From Blastocatellia bacterium (lineage in GTDB: Bacteria; Acidobacteriota; Blastocatellia; UBA7656): a stretch of DNA of 64,000 nt. Position 1 is the stretch's first letter, and every line of letters begins with the position of its first letter. The stretch covers positions 541,476-605,475 of the forward strand of contig CAVXWP010000002.1 of the NCBI GenBank assembly GCA_963765495.1, read 5' to 3'. Made by a program: the position numbers and the translations under genes. The notes under the pieces are model-generated. The model saw only the letters and a program-made list of their open reading frames with translations. It was not told the origin of the DNA and searched no databases. Positions 11,166 to 21,809 of this stretch are shown one piece after another.

Positions 11166-12051
11166 ATGACAATCGAACAAATCAACAATCTCAAACCTGC
11201 AAGACTCCGCGCCTTGACCCGCATGACGACAAACGCCCTTCAACAATTGTTTTCTACTACCGTGCCGGTCTTGGTTCATCTCCGTCAACAGGCCAAACTT
11301 CTTCGCCCTGATCGCAAACGCGCTCTCGGTGGCGGTAGAAAACCCAAACTCACTCCTTCTCAGGAGGTCTTGCTCGTTCTCATCTACCTGCGTCACAACC
11401 TCGCTCACGCGCGTTGTCGCAGCGTTGTTTGGTGTTAGCGCCGACACCTCCGAGAATCTCTTTCACGAGATTGTCCCCTTGCTCAGAGAACTCTTTCCCT
11501 CCAATCGCTTTGAGGCACAGAAGAGGTTTCGAGGTCAGGAACCGAGCCTCAAAATCCAAGAGATTGACCGAATTCTCATCGACAGTTTTGAGACGCCAAT
11601 ACCCCGCCCCTCCAATTATGAACGTCAAAAACGGGTATATTCTGGTAAAAAGAAATGCCACACGCTCAAGAGCCAAGTAGAGAGTGATCGAAAGGGAGAA
11701 GTGCTGGGTATCAGAGGAGGGCATCGCGGGCCAGCATCGGATAAGCGAGTATATGAAGCCAGTGGAGTGGGGGAGAAATATCGAGAAGCGAGCAAGCAAG
11801 GGGATTTGGGATATCAGGGCACAGAGGGAATCGAAGTACCACACAAGAAGCCGAAAGGAGGTGAGCTAAGTGATGATGAGCGAGAGGAGAATCGAGCGAA
11901 GGCGAGTGTGAGGGTACAGGTAGAACACGGCATAAGAAGAGTGAAAGGATTCAAGATCATGAGAGAGAAGTATCGGCTGGCAATGGGGTTGTTCCCGATG
12001 GTAGCGTCGGCAGTAGTCGGATTGGTACATCTCAACCGAATCCTTATGTAA
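11166..12051 (+). mobile_element. IS5-superfamily (DDE_Tnp_4-type) transposase, frameshifted near 11410
   Basis: N-terminal GGGRKPKL...LIYLRHN then, in another frame, IDSFETPIPRP...YSGKKKCHTLKSQ...DLGYQG...PHKKPKGGEL...RVQVEHGIRRVK; clean terminal repeats not identified. Confidence 0.8.
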
Positions 12052-12112
12052 GCAGACTGTATAATGGTCCACGAAATTTAGACAGCTAAGAGGGCTATGT
12101 TAAAGTGGATTC

Positions 12113-12418
12113 ATGACCACTATGCGTAAACGATATTCTGCGGCTTTCAAAGCCCAACTCGTTCAGGAATTGCTCAAGGAGAATAAGTCTTTGTCTCAAC
12201 TGGCTTCCCAATATGGTGTTCATCCCAATCAATTGCGCGACTGGAAGAAAGTCGCTCTCGAAGGGCTGCCATCCCTGTTCGAAGCCGATAAAAAAGCTGC
12301 TGCTGCTTTATCGGATCAGGAGCAGAAAATAGACGAACTCTATGCCCAGATCGGACGCCTCACGACACAGGTTGCGTGGCTCAAAAAAAAATCTGGTCTC
12401 GACCCTCTCTCATGCTGA
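12113..12418 (+). CDS. IS3 transposase OrfA (HTH)
   Basis: RKRYSAAFKAQLV...LASQYGVHPNQLRDWKK...LYAQIGRL...WLKKKS. Confidence 0.9.
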   Translation: MTTMRKRYSAAFKAQLVQELLKENKSLSQLASQYGVHPNQLRDWKKVALEGLPSLFEADKKAAAALSDQEQKIDELYAQIGRLTTQVAWLKKKSGLDPLSC

Positions 12419-15400
12419 GCGAGTAGGACTGATTCAACGCAAGGATTGTGAGATGTCGCTGGCAACGCAGGCTGAGCTACTTGATATTAGTCGAGCAAGC
12501 CTCTACTACAAGCCGGTTCAGCCATCAGCCGAGGAGATCGCCATCAAGCATCGGATTGATGAAATCTATACAAAGTCACCATTCTACGGCTCGCGGCGGA
12601 TCAGCGTCTTGCTTAAGCGGGAGCAGTATGAAGTTTGCCGACACACTGTGCGACGCTATATGCGTGAAATGGGAATAAAAGCGATATATCCTGGCCCTAA
12701 CTTGAGTCGGCGCGATTTAGCGCACCGCCTATATCCGTACTTGCTGCGAGGGTTGGCTATCACGACTGCAAACCAAGTCTGGGGCATTGACATAACCTAT
12801 ATCCGACTTGTGGCCGGGTGGATGTATCTGGTAGCAGTGCTGGATTGGTACTCGCGCTACATAGTGAGTTGGGAACTGGACCAGAGCCTGGAGCAGCCCT
12901 TCGTGATGGCAGCAGTAGAACAGGCGCTTGCCAAAGCCCGCCCAGGAATCTGGAACTCTGACCAGGGGAGTCACTTCACTAGCCCGCAATACATACAGCG
13001 ACTGAAAACGGCTGGGGTGCAAATCAGCATGGACGGCAAAGGTCGGGCCTTGGACAACATCTTTACGGAGCGGCTATGGAGAAGCATCAAGTATGAAGAG
13101 GTCGTGCGACACGAAGTCGCGTGAGTAGCTGTGATGACTGATTTTATCAGGACATCACCCGGTGTTCTGCCATCGGTATCCTATCGGAGCGTGCGTCACT
13201 GGCAACGGTGAGGTGCGGAGCCTCTGAGACAATGTAGCCCGCGACTGCCAGCATCAAGGCGGCAGGGAGCTAGGATTGAGTGGCGTGGTCAACCCAGGTG
13301 AATCGTTAAAAAGCGTCGTTACGTATGACAAGCCAAAGATGCTGACAGGCTTGAACCAAAAGGTATGTGGTCAGGTAGCGGAGTATACTTCTCTCTGCTC
13401 GCAGATGTTGAACCTCCGGCGCAATGACGAGACCTCTTCCACTCTGGTATTCATGCGGAACGTGGTAAGCCCGTACTTCTCCTACAAAGGAAAGCATGCT
13501 GCAAAGCCTGCCGATAGAAGTGCGGGTAAAGGAGGATGGAGAAAGCCAACGCCAATCTGTAACGGGTTGGATAGGAGTTGCGTCTAAAGACAACATCACT
13601 CCGCGCGCAAGCGAGCAGACTTCCATCTGGTCTCAGGTCACAAGAGAACCTGACAAACCGTTGAAGGAGAAAAAGCAGATGACGGCAGTGGCAACACTGA
13701 CTGGTGCGTCCTCCCACGAGCAAGTGCAGTGGCACTCCATTAACTGGAAGAATGCCCATCGCAACGTGAAACGGCTTCAGGCGCGTATTGTGAAGGCAAC
13801 ACAGGCCAGAAGATGGGGCAAGGTCCGTGCTTTACAACGTCTCCTGACCCACTCGTTCAGCGGTAAAGCCATAGCCGTGAGACGAGTGACGGAAAATCGC
13901 GGCAAGAAGAGACCGGGAGTAGACCAGCAAGTTTGGAATACTCCAAAGAAGAAAGCAGCAGCCATAGACGAACTGAGAGGGCACGGTTATAAACCATCAC
14001 CGCTCCGGCGCGTCTACATCCCGAAAAGCAAGGGTCGCCTTCGACCGCTTTCGATACCCACGATGAAAGATCGGGCAATGCAAGCGCTACACCTACTGGC
14101 GCTCGATCCGGTAGCAGAAACGATGGCGGACCTGAACTCATACGGGTTCAGGAACAAGAGGTCTACAGCAGACGCGATTGCGCAATGTTATATTGACTTT
14201 CGATTGAAGCAGTCGGCCCAGTACATACTCGAAGGCGATATAAAATCCTGCTTCGAGGGAATCAGCCACGAATGGTTAATGGCGAACATCCCGACGGATA
14301 AAGTCATTCTCAGGCAGTGGCTGAAGGCTGGATTCATCGACAAGCACATTCTCCACCCGACGGAAGTTGGGACTCCACAGGGCGGACCGAGTGCGCTGCG
14401 AAGCGCCTAGCGATAATGCTCATGGAAGTAATAACAACCGACGAGATGATGCTCGCCCCAAGAGCATCAAGGCTGATCCGGCAGGCGATGGACAAGGAGC
14501 AAGAAATCGTCTGAAGCCCGGAGAACATGGGGTAAAACGCCGGCACTCCGTCACGCGCGCCAGACCCCTAGCCTGAGTCTGACTAGGGCTACGAAAGAAA
14601 CCCTTGTTTGAAGCGTCCACACCTTGAGCACACTGCTAAACGACGGGGATGGTGTGAGACATCGGGTAATCGGTCTAGTAGATGCCGCCGATGAAAAGGC
14701 TCTGTGGTCGAGCTGAACCGCTCTGGCTATCGGGGTATAAGCCACCGGCTGATGTCGCGGACACTGGGATTGTGTCTTACGGGCGTAAAGAGGGGGCCTA
14801 CGGTCAGACGTAACACGTATCACTAGGTGAACGTAGGAAGCGCGATGATCGGACTCTTGGAGTTTCGGTCGAAAACAGCAAGAGTCTGGGTTAGCTGCAA
14901 CTGATGCGGTCATCGCGTGGCAGAGCGGTCGTAGTAGTCGGAGCCGGAGAAAGTTTGGCGCAAGGCGAAGGGCCGCAGTCATTGCAAGAGGAGAGGTGCG
15001 GGAAGTAGAGAGGACTAAGACGTATGTCCGACATCATCAAAACCCAACGTAGCCTCGCCATCAAGGCGACACATAATCCGAAGCACCGGTTCGACCACCT
15101 CTACCGGGTAATCTGCCAAGAGGAGTGGATCGGCTGGGCGTTGGAGAGCGTGCTCTCTAACAAGGGAGCGCGGACAGCCGGGATAGACGGTATGACAAAG
15201 AAGGCGTTTACCTCAGAAGAGGCCAGAGCAGCTTTCACACGGGAACTGCGAGAAGAACTCCGCAAGGGGCGATTCCAACCCGTACCCGTTCGTCGTGTCT
15301 ATATCCCCAAATCCAACGGCAAGACCCGACCACTTGGCATCCCGACCTTGAAGGACCGGGTAGTACAGATGCTGTTGAAGATGATACTTGAGCCGATCTG

Positions 15401-18007
15401 GGAGAGCGACTTCCTCAACTGCTCTAACGGATTCAGGCCCAAGCGCAGGACGATGGACTGCATCGCCCTTCTGGATAGCTACATCAACAACCGCAATAAA
15501 TACTACTGGGTAGTCGAGGGAGATATTAAGGGAGCCTTCGACAACATTCATCATGAAGTGCTGTTGAAACTCTTAGCAGAGCGGGTAGCAGACCGCCGCA
15601 CCCTTGACTTGGTTGAGCGCTTCTTGAAATCGGGAGTGATGGAGAACTGCCTGTTCAAGCATACCGAGATCGGTACGCCGCAGGGCGGGTTGTGCTCCCC
15701 ACTTCTGGCGAACATCTACTTGCACCAGCTAGACCTCTACTGGTGGAACAAGTACGGAAGCCTTCACCGCAAAGTCAAGGAGCGCCGCAGGAGAGAGCAC
15801 ATTGGCAACTGCGCGCTCATCCGATACGCCGACGACTGGCTGCTGTTGACCAACGGCGGCAAGCAAGAAGCGTATCGCCTGCGGGATGAGTTCCAGAACT
15901 TCCTTGCGGAAGAACTGAAACTCGAACTGTCGGTCGAGAAGACGCACGTGACGCACGTCAACGACGGCTTCGACTTTCTCGGCTTTCACGTCCGCCGCTA
16001 CGTCAGCAAGGACGACCGACCCAAGTTATTGGTCACACCGAGCGACAAAACGCAGGCACGGTTGAAAGCCAAGATAAAGGAAATGACCGCCAGAAAGCGG
16101 TTCCTCGATCAGCCGCTGCTCAAGTTCAACGCGCTCAATGCGGTGCTGCGAGGCTGGATCAGCTACTACCGTCACTGTAACGCGAAGGAAGTTGCCAAAG
16201 ACCTGGACTACTGGGTCAACGAGCGGCTTTTTCTCTGGTTACAAAAACGGCATCGACTCCCAGCGAGAAGGATCCTTGCCCTTTATAAGCAGCGCCAAAA
16301 TGGTACGCGCGACAACTGGGGAATCCGCAGTGGGGAGCAGATGCTTTACCTCTATCGGATGAGTGACCAGCCGATCACCAAGTATCGGTCACGGAAGCTC
16401 GCCAATCCCTACATCACGGATGACTGGACGACAGAGCTTGAAACGGCAGAAGCACCGCTGCCCGAATATGTCTGGGTCGGCAATGCCGAGAACAACGAGA
16501 AGTGGCGCGAAATCAAAGCTGAGGTGAAAGCAGAGCGCGGGGCGAAGTGTGAACTCTGTGGCAATCGGATGAATCTCGACCTTCATCACCTGAAAGCCCG
16601 CCGTTATGGTGGGCAGGATGCCAAAGAGAATGCACAACTGCTTTGCGAGTCCTGCCATGTGCAAACGCCGACGTATGGAGACCATAGCCGGATGCAATGA
16701 GGGAAAGCCGTGTGAGATGGAAACTCTCACGCACGGTTTGGAGAGAGGAGTGGAGAAACACGTATGTTGCAAGATATAAAAGTGCGCTCTGCTCCTACTC
16801 TATTCTCGCCGACGTTGATGAATATGACACTCGACGGGTTGGAGAAACTCCTGCGGGAGAAATATCCAAGTAACACCCGAAGAAGCCGAAAGGCCAAAGT
16901 GAACATGGTCAGATACGCCGACGATATGATCATCACGGGCAGTTCGCCAGAACTGTTGGCGGATGAAATCAAGCCGCTGGTGGAAAAGTTCCTGCGGGAG
17001 CGGGGACTGGAACTCTCAGCAGAGAAGACCAGAATCACGCACATCGAGAAAGGGTTTGATTTTCTCGGACAAAATGTACGCAAGTACAAAGGGAAGCTGC
17101 TAATCAAACCCTCGACTGATAGCGTGAAGTCGTTATTAGAGAAAGTGCGGAGAATCATAAAGACCAACAAGCCAGCCAGTGCTGGCGAGTTGATAGTGAA
17201 GCTCAACCCGATTATCAAAGGGTGGGCCAACTATCATCGCCACGTGGTGAGCAAGCGGGTCTTCAGTCAGGTGGATCGGGCGATCTTCGAGAGTTTGTGG
17301 CAATGGGCGAGAAGAAGGCATGCAGCCAAAGGCAAACAATGGGTGGCGAAGAAATATTTTCTACATCCCAGGACAGGCCAATGGGTGTTCTTCGGACAAG
17401 TAAGAGGAAAAGATGGAGCGATCCAAACGGTCCGTCTAACGAAAGCCTCCGGTATGCCCATCCAAAGGCATATCAAGATCAGAGGAGAAGCCAATCCGTA
17501 TGACCCGCAGTGGGAGGAATACTTTGAACAACGCCTCGGTGTTGAAATGGTAAACCTCCTGAAAGGGAAACAACGGCTGCTCAAGTTATGGAAACAACAA
17601 AAAGGAGAATGCCTTGTATGTGACCAGCCGATCACAAAAACAACGGGCTGGCATATCCATCACCTGGTACCGCGCACGAAAGGAGGCGGAGACCAGGTAG
17701 GCAATCTCGTTTTGTTGCATCCGACCTGCCACAATCAGGTGCATTCTACGGGATTGGAAGTGGTGAAGCCGCGTCCAGCAAAGGGCGTTAGCTAAGGCTT
17801 GAGCTGCATGCGTGGGAACGCGCCCGTGCAGTTCTTAGGGGAGGGGGCAGCAGCAATACTGCCTCCTTACCCGACTATATAAAAGGTTACACGTCGCCGC
17901 GCGAAACGCGGGTTGGAATAGGCAGCTATCTGGAGTTCTATAATGACAGGCGCGTGCATCAAGCCTTGGCTTATCGAACGCCAGCCGAAATCCACTTCGG
18001 GCTTTGA
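12380..18007 (+). CDS. IS3 transposase OrfB, spliced: exon 1 ends 13103, exon 2 is 17876-18007
   Basis: WGIDITYI...DWYSR...NSDQGSHF...ERLWRSIKYEEV joins in frame to YIKGYTSPRETRVGIGSYLEFYNDRRVHQALAYRTPAEIHFGL* when 13104-17875 is removed. Confidence 0.88.
13679..17795 (+). CDS. ltrA: Outer intron-encoded RT/maturase with HNH; split by inner intron (exons 13679-14390 and 16804-17795)
   Basis: WHSINWKNAHRNVKRLQARIVKA N-terminal domain; removing the inner intron restores GTPQGGP-I-SPTLMNMTLDGLE; YADD; C-terminal CLVC...HIHH...LLHPTCH. Confidence 0.9.
14391..16803 (+). mobile_element. Inner group II intron inserted in RT motif 4 of the outer IEP
   Basis: 5' GTGCG at 14391; domain V aagccgtgtgagatggaaactctcacgcacggttt; ends ctactctat at 16803; EBS1 tcggtc (14865-14870) within stem gactcttg/caagagtc pairs with exon gaccga (14385-14390). 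Confidence 0.92.
15024..16700 (+). CDS. ltrA: Inner intron-encoded RT/maturase with HNH endonuclease, intact
   Basis: NKGARTAGIDG, RPLGIPTLKDR, EGDIKGAFDNI, GTPQGGLCSPLLANIYL, RYADD, CELC...DLHH...LLCESCH. Confidence 0.95.
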   Translation: MSDIIKTQRSLAIKATHNPKHRFDHLYRVICQEEWIGWALESVLSNKGARTAGIDGMTKKAFTSEEARAAFTRELREELRKGRFQPVPVRRVYIPKSNGKTRPLGIPTLKDRVVQMLLKMILEPIWESDFLNCSNGFRPKRRTMDCIALLDSYINNRNKYYWVVEGDIKGAFDNIHHEVLLKLLAERVADRRTLDLVERFLKSGVMENCLFKHTEIGTPQGGLCSPLLANIYLHQLDLYWWNKYGSLHRKVKERRRREHIGNCALIRYADDWLLLTNGGKQEAYRLRDEFQNFLAEELKLELSVEKTHVTHVNDGFDFLGFHVRRYVSKDDRPKLLVTPSDKTQARLKAKIKEMTARKRFLDQPLLKFNALNAVLRGWISYYRHCNAKEVAKDLDYWVNERLFLWLQKRHRLPARRILALYKQRQNGTRDNWGIRSGEQMLYLYRMSDQPITKYRSRKLANPYITDDWTTELETAEAPLPEYVWVGNAENNEKWREIKAEVKAERGAKCELCGNRMNLDLHHLKARRYGGQDAKENAQLLCESCHVQTPTYGDHSRMQ

Positions 18008-18105
18008 ATTGAACAAGAACCATGTTTATGGCCGACTCAAATGAAAGGAGCAAAACCCACCTTAAAAGTGGTCGAATTTTTGTCTTGATTTTGGGGTCTA
18101 CTATA

Positions 18106-18249
18106 ATTGTTATCCAATAATGGCTTCCTATCACGCCACTTGAAAAATCCGAGGGTCGTTTTCCTCCAACCCCATCCTATTCCTTTGAATAAAGGATCGA
18201 AGAGCGATTTCGCAATACCAATGATTGAAGATGGTTCCATATTTGACAA
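18106..18249 (-). pseudogene. Last cassette ORF truncated by the IS3 right end
   Basis: AT-rich ORF MSNMEPSSIIGIAK... follows an attC and reads directly into the IS3 IR. Confidence 0.45.
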
Positions 18250-18443
18250 TGATATACTTACTACTGAAACATTTAAATCTGCAACTAAAGTATGCTAATT
18301 CTAAGCAAGTCATTGGCGAGGACAGAGGAGGGCCTAACGCCGAGTTCAGCGGCGCGCTGGTAGCCGAGGGATAATGAAATGGTGGAATGCGCGTCCGCTG
18401 GAATGAGCACTTAGACGCGGTCTGCGTCTTGAGCGGAAGCTCT

Positions 18444-18884
18444 TTATTCCGTTTTCTGCTCATTGACCACCGTCTCTAACGAGCGCGTGGTGTGTTCTGT
18501 GACGCTGAACGCTGATTCAGGAAGTACGCGATGCTTTGCCTCACTAAGCTCTTTCGCTGCTTCTTTATCAGTCTTCTTTCGACTCAATAACATCGAGACG
18601 AAAACGCCTTCGAGCCCAAGCATTATTAGAAAACTTAGCAAGGTAATTGCGATAATCAGCCCCATATTTTCAGGTCCGAACACCATCTTCATCGCCATCA
18701 TTAAGAAGATGATAGCTCCAAGGCCGAAGACGAAGACTGCTGTCATAAAAAACAGGAGCTTTTCAGACTTCACCTCTGATGCCTTGCTGACATCATCACC
18801 TTTTTCCCCACTCAGCTTAGCTCCGCAGTGGTTGCAATAGCTCAAGTTTGGTGAAACTGTCGAACCGCATTTTGAACAATACAT
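18444..18884 (-). CDS. Cassette: zinc-ribbon membrane protein
   Basis: MYCSKCG...YCNHCG plus two hydrophobic helices, C-terminal SVTEHTT. Confidence 0.8.
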   Translation of the reverse strand: MYCSKCGSTVSPNLSYCNHCGAKLSGEKGDDVSKASEVKSEKLLFFMTAVFVFGLGAIIFLMMAMKMVFGPENMGLIIAITLLSFLIMLGLEGVFVSMLLSRKKTDKEAAKELSEAKHRVLPESAFSVTEHTTRSLETVVNEQKTE

Positions 18885-19054
18885 ACTCTTCACCTCTCCG
18901 AGGCCATACGATAGGGCAAGTTGTTGTGTTCGGCAACGATGTGCTCGACCGGTGACAAGCGTCTAACGATGAGTTCAGCGGCGCGCTGGCAGCAACGGGA
19001 AACTGAATCATTGGAAAGCGCGTCCGCTGGAATGAGCAGTTAGGCCGAATTCAG

Positions 19055-19423
19055 TCATTTGAACTCATTGAGCCAGCGTATTTGGTTCTTCAATTCATCA
19101 ACTGATAGTGAGTTCAATAACCTCAATAATCTATGTAATAGAACGGCTACTGTTTCAGCAGTCGAAAGAATTATGCCAAAATGCTCTTTGCCTTCTTCGA
19201 GATACTTCTCGTGCAACTTAGTGAAATCAGCAAAGTTAAAAGTGACAATCGCACGCTGTTCACTCACTGCCCAATCAAATTGGGCCTTATCATCGTCTGA
19301 CAACTTTCCGGCCTCTTGAGAGGATACAGTATCAAAGCCATAGCGCCGAAGCTGCACAGCCAGGCGGGGTGACAGATGTTCGTTCAAATAAAGCTTTGGG
19401 GGATTATGCAACGGGTTGGGCAT
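19055..19423 (-). CDS. Cassette: DUF5615 PIN-like toxin
   Basis: KLYLNEHLSPRLAVQLRRYGFD...RAIVTFNFADF...HFGIIL; paired with DUF433 gene. Confidence 0.85.
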   Translation of the reverse strand: MPNPLHNPPKLYLNEHLSPRLAVQLRRYGFDTVSSQEAGKLSDDDKAQFDWAVSEQRAIVTFNFADFTKLHEKYLEEGKEHFGIILSTAETVAVLLHRLLRLLNSLSVDELKNQIRWLNEFK

Positions 19424-19700
19424 GACTCTCTAACCAATGCTCATAACTGTTTTGATAACGTAGTCGATCAATTTCCTCTTGGTTGTCGTGGTAGTAAGCA
19501 AGGGCGCTGAATACCTGAGCAGGGGTCAAATAATTCCACTCAGCCAAAATCTCCTCAACTGACATCCCAGCTTTATAGTAGTAGTCAACTAAATGCCATA
19601 CAGCTATCCGTGTGCCTTCTATAGTTGCTTCGCCTCCGCAGACGCCTAGAACTTTTACGACATGTGGGTAGGGAATGTAATGCATATTTTGTTCTGTCAT
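19404..19700 (-). CDS. Cassette: DUF433 antitoxin
   Basis: VCGGEATIEGTRIAVW...GMSVEEI...LTPAQVFSALAYY. Confidence 0.88.
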   Translation of the reverse strand: MTEQNMHYIPYPHVVKVLGVCGGEATIEGTRIAVWHLVDYYYKAGMSVEEILAEWNYLTPAQVFSALAYYHDNQEEIDRLRYQNSYEHWLESHAQPVA

Positions 19701-20354
19701 AAAGTTACCTCAATTGCTTTTTCCCTGAATTGCAATATTACCACATTTACCTTCTGAGAGTCTTATTTTGATGATCAGCACGATATACTGCGAGGGCCTG
19801 CTCTGAAAATAAAAGGGGTGCTAAATGTTGATAACGAGTAGATGAAGACAAACAACTCCGAGCCTGTGCGATATTACTTCTGCACAGCTTCATCAAACTG
19901 GTTGTCGGTAGGGCATTGGTTAATAAGCATGAGTCTGCTCTACGTGCTCAAAGGCAACAATTCGGGGTACCAGAAATATGCCCAGGTCAAACTGCTATAC
20001 AGGCTCGAAGCACCAAGGACCGTTCGACCTTCATACCGACATACAAAATTCTATCATGGCTCTCACACATTTTCATCATTCGAAGGTGAGCCGCAGGCTC
20101 ATGATGAACTAACGAGGAGATAACCGGCCCGCTGTGGCCCCCGATGCCATTGAGAAGGTGGCAAGCGCGTCCGGTTGATGGACCTGTTAGGCGCATCTCA
20201 TCTTGCAGGTTCAATAGAGATGGCCCTGTCCATATGCAAAGCCGCGCCAACAGATCGCCTCCTCTTAAGCATGATTTAAGGAGTAGCGCGGCGGACTGAT
20301 TGTAACACGATAGCTGGCAGACAGGTTCTGTTTGCAATGTGGTTGACAACCAGT

Positions 20355-20572
20355 CAGCGATTCCCGGTTAGACCGGAATTGAAGCGAACAAAGGAGATTA
20401 GAAATCGTGAAATTGCGTTGTAATTAAGGCAATCACAGCACTTAGCGCAAAACACCGATTACATCTATCCGATTTTGCTATAACTGTTGGTACAACAGAA
20501 TTTACTTTCGCAATTATCTTTTTCGCTTCCTCTTTTGATTTCATCAACTTACAACCTGACCGGGAATTGCTG
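20355..20572. mobile_element. 218-bp MITE in a family A cassette
   Basis: IRs cagcgattcccggttag / ctgaccgggaattgctg; 9-bp target duplication acaaccagt (20346-20354, 20573-20581). Confidence 0.85.
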
Positions 20573-20784
20573 ACAACCAGTGTGCCTCATTTTCACGGAT
20601 GGCTTTCCTGTGCGCTTAACGACGGAGATAACCGGCGCGCTGTGGTCTCCGCGTCATCTGAGCAGGTGGAATGCGCGTCCGGTTCATGGACCAGTTAGGC
20701 GCGCTCCGCTTTGTCGGTTCAATTCTGCACATTCTTTGAGCAGGCCGCGCTAGGAGTTCGTTGCTTTTCACCAATCGGTTTTCG

Positions 20785-20877
20785 AGTAATGGCTCAGTTA
20801 TGCGGGGAGGAAACAGCGTAAATCCTTTATTTGCAATGAGGGCATCTCAGCTTTCCCCGCGTAACTGACCGATTACA
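20785..20877. mobile_element. 93-bp mini-MITE
   Basis: IRs agtaatggctcagttatgcgggga / tccccgcgtaactgaccgattaca; flanking ttttcg duplication; absent from homologous cassette at 55785. Confidence 0.75.
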
Positions 20878-21416
20878 TTTTCGAGTTGCGAGGCGGAATG
20901 ATTCTACCAGCAATGCTTGTAGACAGGTACTCCTTGCTTCGTCTTTGGCGATCAGTGTGGTTCGTTTTCTTGGACCACTTCCTGCGCGCTTAACGCCGGG
21001 GATCAGCGGCCCGCTGTGGGCAAAGGGATAATGAGGCGGTGGCACGCGGGTCCGCTGAATGCCACGGTTAGGCGCGTTCTGATTTGTAAGTTCGTCACAG
21101 ATGAAGATTCCTGTCGTTCAAGCCGCGCAAGCTTACTTTACCTTTTAGCGGGACTTTGACTCTACCCTTTCGACTAGCGCGGCGAAGTGTGAGTCTAACT
21201 CGACAGACGTAGACAGGTCATTCTACCCTGCAATCTGACGACCAGTGTGAGTCTAACAGCACAGCTTGTAGACAGATAATATTGGCTGCGATCTTGGCGA
21301 CCAGTTTGGTTAATTCTCACCGACCAATTTCCTGCGCGCTTAACGCCGAGTTCAGCGGCGCGCCGGTAGCTGGTGGAACACAAAACGTTGGCACGCGCGT
21401 CCGCTGGAATGAGCAG

Positions 21417-21809
21417 TTAGGCTTGGTCCAATATTTTGACATCATATGCAAGTATATTACTGTCCACAGTTACCAGAGTCATATCCTTTTCCAATGCCTG
21501 GCATATCAAGATTCTATCAAACGGATCACGATGAATCATTGGGAGGGTGGCCAGTCTTGCTACACTCCCTTCCTTCAATGGCAGACTCTCAATCTTATGT
21601 TCGTCCCTTTGCTTTGGTATGTAACTGCCCGGAGGTTCAGGCAATGGCAGCTTCCCTATTTGATACTTGATAATTATTTCCCATAATGAAACAACGCTCA
21701 AAAACACATCATTCTCAGGGCTACGGATGGCTTCCAGAAAGGAATCTGGAAGCCGAAAATCCCCAATGATGTACCAGAGGAAAATGTGTGTATCGAGAAG
21801 GAGTTTCAT
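21417..21809 (-). CDS. vapC: Cassette: VapC PIN toxin
   Basis: LLLDTHIFLW...SVVSLWEIIIK...HRDPFDRILICQA. Confidence 0.92.
   Translation of the reverse strand: MKLLLDTHIFLWYIIGDFRLPDSFLEAIRSPENDVFLSVVSLWEIIIKYQIGKLPLPEPPGSYIPKQRDEHKIESLPLKEGSVARLATLPMIHRDPFDRILICQALEKDMTLVTVDSNILAYDVKILDQA

Larger units (their letters stand above)
13104..17875 (+). mobile_element. Outer group II intron (IIB, chloroplast-like IEP)
   Basis: 5' GTGCG at 13104; domain V gagctgcatgcgtgggaacgcgcccgtgcagttc and domain VI ending cccgac at 17875; candidate EBS gacctcttc (13431) and atactt (13385) are complementary to exon gaagaggtc and aagtat. Confidence 0.92.
12060..18105 (+). mobile_element. IS3-family insertion sequence interrupted by a group II twintron
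   Basis: Imperfect terminal IRs tataatggtccacgaaatttagaca (12060) and tgtcttgattttggggtctactata (ends 18105); orfA/orfB with A9 slippery tract at 12383-12391. Confidence 0.88.

Noticed and set aside
13496-17795. Retron, DGR or CRISPR-associated RT interpretation; three separate RT genes
   Set aside because: Both RTs have maturase and HNH domains, GTGCG starts and domain V/VI ends. ORFs 13496-14410 and 16764-17795 are two halves of one IEP.
13104-17875. Group IIC-attC intron linked to the integron
   Set aside because: Neither intron is inserted in an attC, and both IEPs carry an HNH domain, which class C introns lack.
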